The notes: generated by a model not told the origin, from the sequence alone. A stretch of 64,000 nt of DNA from a virus (IMGVR_UViG_2937460283_000002:2712-66711); one strand, 5' to 3'. Shown: positions 9,016-19,103, counted from the stretch's first letter. A program made the numbers and translations.

Positions 9016-9956
9016 TAAGTCGCTCCTTGTAAAGTTAAATGATTAAATTGAATACGTGTAAGCAAAGCCGCAATACCTTGTGAGATTGCTGCAGGTTCTG
9101 GCTTTACCCCTAACCACGCAGCCTGATATTCGCAGTTTGCTATTGCGCTTTTACCTGCCAACGCACAGCCCAATGCAGCTGTTGAGCTTGCAGGCTTTAT
9201 ACCTTTAAACTGCGCATCGTTATCAATCGCTGCAATGCCTGCCTTAGCGCCAAAACCTGCCACTAAAAACCCGTTTGAACCGTTGGGTCTAACGCCCTCA
9301 AACTGAGCCTGTTTATCGCTTGCCCCAACGCCTTGTTTGGCCCCCAAAAAAGCCCCCGAGAATAACGCTCCATCATCGGGGTGTACGCCGTTAAATGCCC
9401 CATCCTTGCTGGCAAGTCCAATCCCTGCACCACTAAACAACCCGGTTCCAAATTGTTCTTTTAAAGAAATGCCCAGTTGCACTTCAACATGCACTGATGC
9501 GCGTTTGGCTGTCTCTACAATGCGTTTAACCTGCTGCAACATCGCTTTGGTAAGCAGGCCCTGCGCGTTGGTGTCTAGGTTTTGATTCACGAGCGCCTGT
9601 ACCACCACCGTGCCACGCTGTGCGTCTTCGCTTTGCCACCACTCTTGAATGTCAGTTTCAATGCCCAAACTATCAAGGGCTTTTTCAAGTGCGTATGGCG
9701 TGGCTTTATAACGATGTACTTCAAATGCATCAGCAATCACTTGGCGTTTATTTTTTTCGCTCCATGCATCATGCCAATCATCCACCGACAGCGACCACGC
9801 CAGCCATGGTAATAACTGTGCCGGGCACTTTTGTGGATGCCAAATATCATGTAAAAGCTGAGTCTGATCTGGATAGGTTAATAACTGCGTGAGTGCTTGT
9901 TGTAATTTGCTGGCATTGCTGGGCAGTAACTTGGGTAAGTTAGCAAAGTTATCCAT
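9015..9956 (-). CDS. Baseplate/tail protein gpI-like, cassette 5
   Basis: LLPSNAS...WHPQKCPAQLLPWLAWSLSVDDW...HRYKAT; repeated C-terminal F.GV.P units. Confidence 0.9.
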   Translation of the reverse strand: MDNFANLPKLLPSNASKLQQALTQLLTYPDQTQLLHDIWHPQKCPAQLLPWLAWSLSVDDWHDAWSEKNKRQVIADAFEVHRYKATPYALEKALDSLGIETDIQEWWQSEDAQRGTVVVQALVNQNLDTNAQGLLTKAMLQQVKRIVETAKRASVHVEVQLGISLKEQFGTGLFSGAGIGLASKDGAFNGVHPDDGALFSGAFLGAKQGVGASDKQAQFEGVRPNGSNGFLVAGFGAKAGIAAIDNDAQFKGIKPASSTAALGCALAGKSAIANCEYQAAWLGVKPEPAAISQGIAALLTRIQFNHLTLQGAT

Positions 9957-10847
9957 TTACTCCTCCACAGCCACTTGCGTATTGACTTTGATGCTGTTGC
10001 AAACAGCCACCTCATTCGCGGCCACCACAATATCCTCTGATGGGCTGATAATTTGGCCACTTTCAATACCCGGTTGATTAAGCGCTGCAAACAGTCCCAT
10101 TTGGTTGATATCTCGACCTAACATGCTTTGCTGAGCCAAATACTGCGCAAGCGCGGCTCTGACGGTTTGCTCTACTACTGATGCAGCAGGTCCAGGTGCA
10201 ATATTTATCGACACCTCTAAATCAAAGCTTTTTAGCTGTGGACCAGAAATCGTAACCCTATCACCCAGTGGGCGTACCTTTGACGCATCTTTTGCTAGGC
10301 TGCCATCACTTTTTAATCCAAAGTGTTTATACAAGGTATTGAGCAAATCATCTGACGGCACACCATCTTGCTCATGACTTAAAATGGTGAGGTGGATATC
10401 ACAAGGCTCAGGGCTGGTTACATAAACGTCTTTTACCCGAGAGTCTGCCGATAAAGCATGAAATTGATAGGCTTGTTTACTACCTGCGGTATTGAGCCCT
10501 TCAAACACCATTTGAACACGGCGGCGAAAGCGCTCATCTGATTCATCTGCTTGTCTATCTAAATTGTACCTTGCAGCAATCGCTTCTAAATCATTACCAG
10601 TAGCGCTTGCTAACATATTGCCTTTAATGGCGTTATTTAATTTGCTATCGAACAGCGTTTGTTGATACGCCATCATTTCAAGCAACACCAGTATAGGCTC
10701 CGACTCTAAAGTAAGGGCATCTTTATACTGTGGGTATTGCTCAACTAACTTTTGTTTAAGCTGTGATAGCTTTTGCTCAAAATCCAGCTCAGTAATGGTG
10801 TCAGGTAATGGCACCTTAGACATATCTAATAAATTAAAAACGCGCAT
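9957..10847 (-). CDS. Baseplate wedge gpJ-like, cassette 5
   Basis: LDMSKVPLPD...LESEP...TAGSKQAYQFHALSAD..VKDV...VRPLGDRV. Confidence 0.92.
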   Translation of the reverse strand: MRVFNLLDMSKVPLPDTITELDFEQKLSQLKQKLVEQYPQYKDALTLESEPILVLLEMMAYQQTLFDSKLNNAIKGNMLASATGNDLEAIAARYNLDRQADESDERFRRRVQMVFEGLNTAGSKQAYQFHALSADSRVKDVYVTSPEPCDIHLTILSHEQDGVPSDDLLNTLYKHFGLKSDGSLAKDASKVRPLGDRVTISGPQLKSFDLEVSINIAPGPAASVVEQTVRAALAQYLAQQSMLGRDINQMGLFAALNQPGIESGQIISPSEDIVVAANEVAVCNSIKVNTQVAVEE

Positions 10848-10865
10848 ATGCACCTCTGACGGCCA

Positions 10866-10894
10866 ATAAAAAAGCCCACTTGAATCAAGCGGGC
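10866..10894 (-). terminator. Leader terminator upstream of gpJ cassette 5
   Basis: gcccgcttgattcaagtgggc followed by tttttt. Confidence 0.75.
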
Positions 10895-10969
10895 TAATTG
10901 GTTGGATAATGGAACTGTTATAGTAAATGCTCGTGTTTAAGCATTTAGTTAATCATTCAGTATATGTGT

Positions 10970-11012
10970 ATCTTACTGAATTTTATGATTTAAAACAGGT
11001 CAATGCTGACCT
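10970..11012 (-). promoter_or_regulatory. Conserved module promoter P2
   Basis: AGGTCAGCATTGACCT, 21 bp, TAAGAT, 5 bp, TATACT. Confidence 0.7.
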
Positions 11013-11036
11013 GAGAAAAAGAATTAAAACTCACTA

Positions 11037-11669
11037 TCATCATTCTGACGCAGGTCAGAATCTCATTAGTTTTAACAACCAGTGCTGGGTGCTAGAAGAT
11101 CCTGAAACCAGTTCAGGAAGACAAAACAACCAAGTACAGGGTAACAAACACCCCGTCATTCTGACGCAGGTCAGAATCTCATTAGTTTTAGCAACCAGTG
11201 CTGGGTGCTAGAAGATCCTGAAACCAATTCTGGATGACAAACAACCAAGTTCAGGAAGACAAAACAACCAAGTACAGGGTAACAAACACCCCGTCATTCT
11301 GACGCAGGTCAGAATCTCGTTAGTTTTAGCAACCAGTGCTGGGGGCTAGAAGATCCTGAAACCAGTTCAGGATGACAAACCACCAAGTTCAGGATGACAA
11401 AACAACCAAATTCAGGGTTACAAACCCCCGTCATTCTGACGCAGGTCAGAATCTCGTTAGTTTTAACAACCAGTGCTGGGTGCTAGAAGATCCTGAAACC
11501 AATTCGGGATGACAAACAACCAAGTTCAGGAAGACAAAACAACCAAGTTCAGGGTAACAAACACCCCATCATTCTGACTCAGGTCAGAATCTCGTTAGTT
11601 TTTACAACCAGTGCTGAGTGCTAGAAGATCCTGAAACCAGTTCAGGATGACAAACAACCAAGTTCAGGA
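11037..11669. repeat. Tandem array (5 units of about 116-140 bp) of REP/BIME-like palindromes
   Basis: Each unit has gtcattctgacgcaggtcagaatctc, tagcaaccagtgctgggtgcta, gatcctgaaaccagttcaggatgac and caaccaagttcagg half-copies; linkers are near-identical. Confidence 0.9.
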
Positions 11670-11700
11670 AGGCTATAGTCGTTTTGAAACTCGATACCCC

Positions 11701-11732
11701 AAATAAAAAAGGCCTACCCAAGTAGGTAGGCC
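11701..11732 (-). terminator. Intrinsic terminator ending the P3 leader
   Basis: ggcctacc-tacttg-ggtaggcc followed by ttttttattt. Confidence 0.8.
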
Positions 11733-11763
11733 AAGAACTCAAAGATGGGAATACAACTGTGTT

Positions 11764-11870
11764 AACTCGGTTGAGAAACTCGGTTGAGAAACTCGGTTGA
11801 GAAACTCGGTTGAGAAACTCGGTTGAGAAACTCGGTTGAGAAGCTCGGTTGAGAAGCTCAACTGAGTTAA
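11764..11870. repeat. 13-bp tandem repeat x7 plus one inverted copy
   Basis: (aactcggttgaga)x7 at 11764-11854; ctcaactgagttaa at 11857-11870 is a near-perfect reverse complement. Confidence 0.95.
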
Positions 11871-11887
11871 TTAATCAGCTTATGTGT

Positions 11888-11930
11888 ATCTTACTGATTT
11901 ATAGCGTTTAAAACAGGTCAATACTGACCT
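11888..11930 (-). promoter_or_regulatory. Conserved module promoter P3
   Basis: AGGTCAGTATTGACCT, 21 bp, TAAGAT, 5 bp, TAAGCT. Confidence 0.7.
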
Positions 11931-11985
11931 GAAGTTAATATTTAAAACACACCTCCGTCATTCTGACGTAGGTCAGAATCTAACA

Positions 11986-12513
11986 TCAGGCAACTGTTTG
12001 CGCCTGCCTTATTACATAAAAGGTAATATTGCTGGCACTAAAGCGTGGCTGTGTAAACTCTTCATTGAGCAGTGTTGAAGACACTTCGAAACGACCCGAT
12101 GTCGGGAAATTAAACGTCGCACTAAACTGACCATTTTGTACTTCAATAGGAAAATACACACGGCGGCCATCATCACGAAGTACAGGCACCAAGAATGACT
12201 CATCGGCAATATCCAACAGCCCTGTTAAAGTGACATTCTGCCCTTCAGCCACAGTCACTTTAATCGCATCCAACGACTCGAAATTGCTTGGTATTTTTAA
12301 CGCACCTTCAACAGCTTGCAACGTAACCGTTTTAAGCTCAGGCGTGGCTCGTTGCGCAAGCTCTTCTTCGCGCGCTTGTTCTTGAGCCTCATATTCCATA
12401 TACCAAAGCTGCGCTTGTTGTTTTGATTCCCAACGTTCACCCGATTCAGGGTGCGTCAGTAAATACGTGCCATGCAAATAGATGGCGTGTTTTGTGTTGC
12501 TCCAATTAAACAT
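11986..12513 (-). CDS. Hypothetical fibre-associated protein
   Basis: N-terminal LTHPESGERW resembles 34275..34817; C-terminus resembles 28555..29073. Confidence 0.55.
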   Translation of the reverse strand: MFNWSNTKHAIYLHGTYLLTHPESGERWESKQQAQLWYMEYEAQEQAREEELAQRATPELKTVTLQAVEGALKIPSNFESLDAIKVTVAEGQNVTLTGLLDIADESFLVPVLRDDGRRVYFPIEVQNGQFSATFNFPTSGRFEVSSTLLNEEFTQPRFSASNITFYVIRQAQTVA

Positions 12514-12522
12514 AAAGGCTCC

Positions 12523-13902
12523 TTAAGCAAAGTAAACGCGGCAAGCTTGTTGTGTAAACGCACTACCTGTCGGAGTGAGAAATCTAAAATATTGACTAAC
12601 TAACAAAGCATTATGAATAGGTGAATACCCAACAATATAAGGATTACCATGACCATGATATACCGAATTATTAGAGTTATAATCATTGGATGGTGCCACA
12701 GACTCTAAAGTAGCCTTTATTGGTAAATTCATGGCAGGCAACAGAACTCTACTTTTAAAGCTCTTCGTATATGGGTAACTATTCGTGGCATGAGTAAGTA
12801 TCGATTGATTATACTTTACTAACTTTTGCTCACCAACCAATGGGATTTGTGAGTAACGTCCTTGGTGCAATGCTACTTCCAATTGAATCTGAGGACGTTT
12901 TACAAGCAAACAGTCATGAGCGTGGCCGAAACCTCGTAAATCATTACTGATTTGTTCCGAACTCGCCTTTGGTAATATTGTTTGCTCATGCAGTGGTAAT
13001 AACTGATGAGTAATCGCCCAGCTTTCGAACTGACTTTCGTTACTAAAAACATGCTCTGTTTTTTGTACCCAACGAGTCCCATCAAATTCATGTAAAATAC
13101 CAGCATCAACAGTAAATAACGATTTAGATGCTTTGTCTTGATAAATTTTGAAATAATCAGTTTCTTGCACTGATTCCACAGTAAAGCTATTTGCCTTATA
13201 TATAGTTAACTCTTTAGTGCTAGGAGCAAACGTAAATAACGCCGTATGATTACTTGGCAAGACCAGTATACCAAGTCTGTCTGCACCATTTAAAGAACTA
13301 ATAGAAGAGGGTTGAACAGCTTTCGAAACCGTTCCATCGGCTTCAATTAACACTATCGTTGCAGGATTTGCTGCTTTTGTTTGACTTCCGGCGTCATAGT
13401 AACCACAGAAAGTACTCTCATCATAGTTGACCAAGTTAATCGAGTTATATACCCCGTAGCCGTCACTCGATTTAAAAATACTTGAGGTAGTATTATCATA
13501 ATAATCCAATCTAAACTCGGGCTCACCCAACTTATAAGTTGGATCAATGAGCTGTTTAGGCAGATCAGCTAAGGTGTTAGCAACATTGGTCACTAAGCTT
13601 GATGTGATTTCATTAAACTTAGTCTCAAGCTCCGGTAGCAACCCTAAGTTATCACTTTGCTCAAGTAATTTAGCTTGTAACTCTTTAACAATATCACTGG
13701 CGCTGGTTAGGTGACCTGTCGCCTCATCCAAATGCTCTTCTGCCACAGCGACTAATGCGGCTTCTAAATTGGCGCTACTTGAGAGCTTTTGAATGGCGTT
13801 GCTAACTAGGGTTTGCTCTTCTGCCGTTAGCTTTTCATTGCTACGCATTTTGTCGACCAGATGGTCGACCATTTCCTGAATGGCGTTATTTATCGTTGCC
13901 AT
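12523..13902 (-). CDS. Putative fibre/receptor-binding protein
   Basis: Helical N-terminus (ANLEAALVAVAEEHLDEAT) paralogous to 34848..36161; beta-rich variable C-terminus. Confidence 0.55.
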   Translation of the reverse strand: MATINNAIQEMVDHLVDKMRSNEKLTAEEQTLVSNAIQKLSSSANLEAALVAVAEEHLDEATGHLTSASDIVKELQAKLLEQSDNLGLLPELETKFNEITSSLVTNVANTLADLPKQLIDPTYKLGEPEFRLDYYDNTTSSIFKSSDGYGVYNSINLVNYDESTFCGYYDAGSQTKAANPATIVLIEADGTVSKAVQPSSISSLNGADRLGILVLPSNHTALFTFAPSTKELTIYKANSFTVESVQETDYFKIYQDKASKSLFTVDAGILHEFDGTRWVQKTEHVFSNESQFESWAITHQLLPLHEQTILPKASSEQISNDLRGFGHAHDCLLVKRPQIQLEVALHQGRYSQIPLVGEQKLVKYNQSILTHATNSYPYTKSFKSRVLLPAMNLPIKATLESVAPSNDYNSNNSVYHGHGNPYIVGYSPIHNALLVSQYFRFLTPTGSAFTQQACRVYFA

Positions 13903-13911
13903 AATGTCCTC

Positions 13912-14208
13912 TTAAAGTGGGTAGATGGTTTCACCTAAAAGGTGATTGAGTTTTTGCTTGCGGTGGTGCTCGTGGTGAGCAGCTTGTTGCTGATTTAAAA
14001 GGGCTTTAAGCTCGGCCAAATTGGCATCGCCACTTTTTCCTTGTTGCTCAAGCATGGTTTGTAACTGGGTTAACCCTTGTTGCTGATTATCAACATCCAC
14101 ATCAATTTGCGTAAGCGCTTGAATTAGCCTTAGTACATCTTGTTCAAGTAAATTGCTTTGATGAGGAAGAGGGTAGTCACGATGGGGGGTGTTTATTTCA
14201 ACACTCAT
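13912..14208 (-). CDS. Small fibre adaptor-like protein
   Basis: TPHRDYPLPHQSNLLEQDVLRL..AL..ID motif, like fibre N-termini found next to DUF4815 genes; coiled coil. Confidence 0.55.
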   Translation of the reverse strand: MSVEINTPHRDYPLPHQSNLLEQDVLRLIQALTQIDVDVDNQQQGLTQLQTMLEQQGKSGDANLAELKALLNQQQAAHHEHHRKQKLNHLLGETIYPL

Positions 14209-14217
14209 GCTGACTCC

Positions 14218-15456
14218 TTAGGTTGAGAATGCCCGTAAGTTTTTCACTCTTGGGCGGTTGGCTTCAGTGCCACGTAATACCAATTTCAGTCGTACTCGCT
14301 TTAACAAGCTTTCATCTGGCGTATTGGTGCCTTCGCTAAAAGTGTGCACATAGTCAAATTGCTGCCAACCTCCTTCGCTGACCGAAGATTTACTCAGGGG
14401 GAGCAAAATAGGCTCGGGCTGTTCATCATCTAACAAGTACACTTCAACCGCTGCGGCACCTTCAAGTACTGCATCAAAACTCACGGTAAATTGTCCGCCA
14501 CTGTGACAACTTATCTCCCGGGTGATGTAGTCAGCGCTTTGCTCAACATCACCCAATGCACACTGGCTGCCTGCAAATAATACCGGGCTGAGTAACTCGC
14601 TGCCCGATAGGTTAGCCGTTACATTCAATTGCTTGTTAATAAGCTTTTGCTTAAGCTGACGTGGTGACCACTCTTGCACTTTTGCCAAAATCTCATTGCT
14701 ACCAGCCACTTTAAAGGTAAAGTCCACATCCGTTTGCGAACTTGGTCGCTGCACTACCGCTAATGCCATTAGGTCGCTAACGCTTTGAGCATTAACGCTA
14801 CCTAGGTTCACGCTGTGTGTTTGCTCGGTAAACTTGGCAGCTTTTAATCTAAAGGTTAGGTCTTTGCTTTGATGCGGTGTCCAGGTGCTGGCATTGCTTG
14901 ATGACAATAAAACCCCAACTTGATACGGCTGGCTGGTTACCCAACCATATTGCTGGTCAAATTGACCAAGCTCAGCAATTGCAACCTCATGCTCGGCACC
15001 ATCGGTCAGCACCACGATGGCGTATTCCTGTCCCGCTTGTAAAAATACAGGGGTAAAGGCAAATAACGTGGCTGCGTCTAAAGAAATGTCATCACTGCCA
15101 ACTCGGCTTTGCGCCAGTACAGTTTGTGTGGGTATACCTTGTACTACCTCACGTATTTGTACTTGCACCGACTGCTCACCCTTGGCTGTAAAATACAATT
15201 CAACTGCCGCAATAAAGCGGCTTTGTTGCAAAGTAAATGTTTGTGCTAGCGGGTCAAAACGTTGCGTGGTAATGGTTGTTACTTGTGCCAAAGTTTCGGT
15301 ACGAATTTGCCCACTGCCGGTATACGTTGCAAACCCTTGTGAACCATTTTCACCCTTGCCTTGAAACACCACGGTTTTTTCACCAGCAGGGATCGTTTGT
15401 GCGGGAATAGTAAATCGACCCGATAACTCCCCTCTTTCATTTGCTTTAATCATCAA
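14218..15456 (-). CDS. DUF4815-family tail/baseplate protein, C-terminal part
   Basis: GRFTIPA...DPLAQTFTL...GVLLSSSNASTWTPHQSKDLTFRL...RPRVKNLRA. Confidence 0.75.
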   Translation of the reverse strand: MMIKANERGELSGRFTIPAQTIPAGEKTVVFQGKGENGSQGFATYTGSGQIRTETLAQVTTITTQRFDPLAQTFTLQQSRFIAAVELYFTAKGEQSVQVQIREVVQGIPTQTVLAQSRVGSDDISLDAATLFAFTPVFLQAGQEYAIVVLTDGAEHEVAIAELGQFDQQYGWVTSQPYQVGVLLSSSNASTWTPHQSKDLTFRLKAAKFTEQTHSVNLGSVNAQSVSDLMALAVVQRPSSQTDVDFTFKVAGSNEILAKVQEWSPRQLKQKLINKQLNVTANLSGSELLSPVLFAGSQCALGDVEQSADYITREISCHSGGQFTVSFDAVLEGAAAVEVYLLDDEQPEPILLPLSKSSVSEGGWQQFDYVHTFSEGTNTPDESLLKRVRLKLVLRGTEANRPRVKNLRAFST

Positions 15457-17480
15457 GCTTCCTCCGGCGTTAATTCAATGCCATCAAACAACACCCTGTC
15501 TAGTTCCTCATATTTTCCAAACCCTGTGATCGTAAAATGCACGGTTCTTTGGCGTAAAAACTCTGCTTGTTGGGTTTGTACTCCCACGCGCTGTGTATCC
15601 ACCCGTGTCACAATGCGCCGAACCAAACCGCCACCCCGTATAAAGCGGCGTGTGATAGGGCTACTCCAACGTTGGCGGGTCACTGTCCAGTGATCAACAT
15701 TCGGTGTTAATGTCACTTGTGCAGGAACAGGTTCAAATGCTTGATAAGGATTGACCTTCATTGAGCCCGTGCGTTTAGGCTGAGTAAGTACATCCTCTAG
15801 TTCATAAGGCAGTAATTGCGTTTGCTGCGCATCAAGCGCCTCAACTTTAGGCGTAATTGGCAACGTAAGCTCACCATCAATAATGGCCGCATTTTGCTCA
15901 AGCCCTTGGTCACGTAAGTCGTCGTCTAAAAATGGGTCAACAAACACACCATATTTGCTTGCTGATTCTTGCGAATTGGCATCGTTTCGCAAACGCTCAA
16001 TAGCAAGCAGTTGATATAAATCGCGAATTTGATGCTGCATATTTTGCAAGTCCAGCATGCTAAGCGCTTGAATAGCCACCGACTCAATCCGCGGAGCCGT
16101 GCCATCCCATACTTGATACACATATGCCAAAGGTAAGTGCTGCTCTGGCGCTGCTGGCGGCTGGGGGTATTCAAGTGAAGATGCACCTTTAATTCGCTCA
16201 ACAACGCCTTGCTTGGTCATTACAAATAAATCAATCCGAGGGTTAAACCTCTGATAATCCATTTCAATTTCTTCAGTAAGAATCGTTTCGTCAGCGCCTA
16301 TATCCGATGTATCAATTCTAAAGCTATTTAAGGTTTGCTCTTTGGTATTAACAACTCGAGAATACACATAGGTCACTTGATAGCTACTGCCCGCTGGCGG
16401 TCGCTCTTTTGGACCATCTAGCAACCAAACAATGTGATTGTCTTCTTGCTTGAAGTCTTGGCCTTCAATATATTCAATCTCGTTATACTCAACTTTTTCA
16501 ATATGAGTGACGCCTGTATTGTGAAAGCTTTTATCACGAAGTTGCCCTGCCTCTCTGGTTAAGCTACTTGTGGTGCGAATATCTATACTTGCGCGGTTGA
16601 CTTGTTTTAGAGGCGGAAAATCAACTTTAGCCCAAAGCTCTTCGCGGCCTTCTACAACAACTGGTACAAGGCTTGTTTTTTCAGCACCAATCACCTGCAC
16701 ATCAGGGTTTGCTGGTAGCGTCACTGGCAAAGCCATTGCGTAACTTAGTTCAAACCCAGCAATATGCGCTTTGCCTGATTGTAAGCTGAAGTGTTGTTGG
16801 CCATTATCGGTTTTAATGTAGTGTAGGCCCAAACCTTCTACGACGTAGTTACCACCATTAGACTCTCTATCATAACGCGCTAATGCGCTCGAAATAGAAT
16901 CTACCTGTGGAGGCGCTTCTTTTATTTCCAACACCCCCTGATTGATTTGATACACAGGGTAAAACTCTGTGCTGACAGTGTGTGCACCTTCTAACAGGCT
17001 CCAGCGGCCAGTTACTTGTAAACGCGCCGCGCCTGCTTCGTTGAAGTTATGATGCACTGTTGGCGAGCCTTCGCCTGCCGGGTCTCGCAAGTCAACATCG
17101 TGTTCTTCAGTGATAACGGTACTTTCTAACAATACGCCTATCACTGCATCTTTACTGATATCTAACTCAAGCGTCTTCTCAGGGATTGGCCTTACCGCAC
17201 CGCGAATATATACTGAAGCGGCAGCAAGTTTGGCGCGTGCGCCATTATTATCTTGCTCAACTTTAACACCACCACCTGAGACAATATTGCCATCTTTAAG
17301 CAAGGCATCTGCAACACCTTTAACTTGGTGGTTCAATTGCTGTTGTACATCGTTGAGTTCTCTGCTTTGCAAGCCTTTCCCGGCACGAAACAAAATTTGT
17401 TCGTACTGCTTGTTGGCATCAAACTTTTGGTAATAATCAGGATGCTCTGCCCTGATTTGATCATAAATATGTGGTTGCAT
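15453..17480 (-). CDS. DUF4815-family tail/baseplate protein, N-terminal part
   Basis: YYQKFDANKQYEQILFRAGKGLQSRELNDVQ...ARYDRESNGGNYVVEG...GVFVDPFLDDDLRDQG. Confidence 0.8.
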   Translation of the reverse strand: MQPHIYDQIRAEHPDYYQKFDANKQYEQILFRAGKGLQSRELNDVQQQLNHQVKGVADALLKDGNIVSGGGVKVEQDNNGARAKLAAASVYIRGAVRPIPEKTLELDISKDAVIGVLLESTVITEEHDVDLRDPAGEGSPTVHHNFNEAGAARLQVTGRWSLLEGAHTVSTEFYPVYQINQGVLEIKEAPPQVDSISSALARYDRESNGGNYVVEGLGLHYIKTDNGQQHFSLQSGKAHIAGFELSYAMALPVTLPANPDVQVIGAEKTSLVPVVVEGREELWAKVDFPPLKQVNRASIDIRTTSSLTREAGQLRDKSFHNTGVTHIEKVEYNEIEYIEGQDFKQEDNHIVWLLDGPKERPPAGSSYQVTYVYSRVVNTKEQTLNSFRIDTSDIGADETILTEEIEMDYQRFNPRIDLFVMTKQGVVERIKGASSLEYPQPPAAPEQHLPLAYVYQVWDGTAPRIESVAIQALSMLDLQNMQHQIRDLYQLLAIERLRNDANSQESASKYGVFVDPFLDDDLRDQGLEQNAAIIDGELTLPITPKVEALDAQQTQLLPYELEDVLTQPKRTGSMKVNPYQAFEPVPAQVTLTPNVDHWTVTRQRWSSPITRRFIRGGGLVRRIVTRVDTQRVGVQTQQAEFLRQRTVHFTITGFGKYEELDRVLFDGIELTPEEA

Positions 17481-17489
17481 AATGCTCCC

Positions 17490-17975
17490 TTAGAAGCTTA
17501 TTACAAATTCAAAAGATTCACGTACCCCTTGGTCGCGATAAATCGCGGGCCGATGCTCAAGTAGCATCAAGGTGCCAATTTGCGACACTTCACTGGGGAG
17601 TAAATACGGTTTGCCATTTGGCACATCGGCATTAGGCTTTGTGCCTACCATTAAACCCAACTCTCGAACGGTTTTTGATAAGCCATCTTCAAAGTCGTAG
17701 TTAAATTGGCAATACAAGTGCGGGGTTGGATAGTCGACAATTTTATAACGCCCATTGGGGACTTGAATTTCGCCGTTTTCTTGATCTACCTCGCAATACA
17801 ACACCCGAGTTGCTTTGCGATAACCTAAAGTTGAGGTCAGCTGTGTGCTAGCACTTTGCTCTGGCGGAAGTTGGTTATCCCACTCAATTGCACCTTGCCC
17901 CCACGCCAGATAAATATCTTCTTGCTTAATGGACTTAGCCAGTGCAATGCGCCCTGCACGAGTCAATATGGCCAC
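17490..17975 (-). CDS. Baseplate-associated protein preceding DUF4815
   Basis: GTG start with GGAG RBS; AILTRAGRIALA...LAWGQG...VRELGL...RESFEFVISF. Confidence 0.7.
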   Translation of the reverse strand: MAILTRAGRIALAKSIKQEDIYLAWGQGAIEWDNQLPPEQSASTQLTSTLGYRKATRVLYCEVDQENGEIQVPNGRYKIVDYPTPHLYCQFNYDFEDGLSKTVRELGLMVGTKPNADVPNGKPYLLPSEVSQIGTLMLLEHRPAIYRDQGVRESFEFVISF

Positions 17976-18018
17976 TGTGTACTCCTTAAAATAAATAATG
18001 TTGGCAAATAACGCGCAC

Positions 18019-18306
18019 AAAAAAGCCCGCCTCTGCGTTGTGCGAGTCGTTAAAAGGTCTTGAGATCCTGAAACAAGTTCAGGATAACGAACAATCCGTC
18101 ATTCTGACGAAGGTCTGAATCTCGCTGACGTTCAGCATTGGACGCTGAGAGAAAGAAGATCCTGAAACAAGTTCAGGATGACAAACAATCCGTCATTCTG
18201 ACGAAGGTCAGAATCTCGCTTACATTCAGCATTGGGCGCTGAGAGCAAGAAGATCCTGAAACAAGTTCAGGATGACGAACGACTCTAGTTGCGCAGTAGC
18301 GGGCTT
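18019..18306 (-). repeat. REP-like array inside a terminator-like stem
   Basis: aagcccgc (18023-30) pairs with gcgggctt (18299-306), with a U-tract. Three gatcctgaaacaagttcaggat and two gtcattctgacgaaggtc(a/t)gaatctc copies lie inside. Confidence 0.8.
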
Positions 18307-18326
18307 AAATCTGCATTAATAGTGAA

Positions 18327-19103
18327 TTATTGGCTAACCCACAATGCGGTTTGTTGCGCTGATGCAAATTTACAGGCCTCAAACAACTGCGCTTTACTCA
18401 CTTGCGCCACGTCATTGTTTGCCAATACCCATGATGTACTCTCATCGTTTTGCATGACCACCAGCGCGCGCGCCATACGTTGTTGGCTTAACTCATCTGC
18501 ATCAAACTCCATCCCGTCAACTTCTACGGTCAGTTTGGCAAGCTCTTGCATACGTGTTTGCTTAAAACGTTCACGCTTAACTTGTGCGATTTGCGCTTCA
18601 CTGTGTGCGTGCGTTGCTGGGTAGATATAAGCGACCAAAGCTTCGTCGTCATATTCAGTACGCGCGGGGGTTGCTTCGGTGGTTAATGCAAGGTCAACCT
18701 CAACATACTCTGTGCGATAACACTGGCGACGTAGCGATAAATCTAGTTGTGGTTGAGCTGGTAATTCAGGGACTTCCATCAACTCATCGCTATCAGCATC
18801 TAGGTTGGCATTGTGAGCCAGCGCAGCTTGACGCTCCGCCTCCACTTCGACCACTTCAAGTTCCCACGCTTGATATGCAGCAACATGGGCGGCTTGCTCT
18901 TGCTCAATAGCCGTTTTTAACGCTTGCTCGATTTGCTCTTGTGGGTGACGGAGTGCCATTTTTGTTAGCACATCGTCATAACTGATGCTTGGCTGCTCAA
19001 ACAATTGCTGCGCACTGTCAGTGCTTGCTTGTTCATTAATCGCTTGTGTTTCAGGCACAGTTGAGTCGACCGCTGACGCAGTCTCATTATTTGTTTGTTC
19101 CAT
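18327..19103 (-). CDS. Fibre chaperone-like protein with C-terminal DUF4376-like domain
   Basis: TVEVDGMEFDADELSQQRMARA...WVLANN...QTALW. Confidence 0.7.
   Translation of the reverse strand: MEQTNNETASAVDSTVPETQAINEQASTDSAQQLFEQPSISYDDVLTKMALRHPQEQIEQALKTAIEQEQAAHVAAYQAWELEVVEVEAERQAALAHNANLDADSDELMEVPELPAQPQLDLSLRRQCYRTEYVEVDLALTTEATPARTEYDDEALVAYIYPATHAHSEAQIAQVKRERFKQTRMQELAKLTVEVDGMEFDADELSQQRMARALVVMQNDESTSWVLANNDVAQVSKAQLFEACKFASAQQTALWVSQ

Noticed and set aside
10927-11211. Plus-strand ORFs here and at 8245..8448 sharing SVYVYLTEFYDLKQVN
   Set aside because: The shared peptide is just the translation of the duplicated promoter sequence on the opposite strand.
11037-11669. CRISPR array
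   Set aside because: Intervening sequences are near-identical rather than unique spacers, the same palindromes are scattered in other intergenic gaps, and no cas genes are present.
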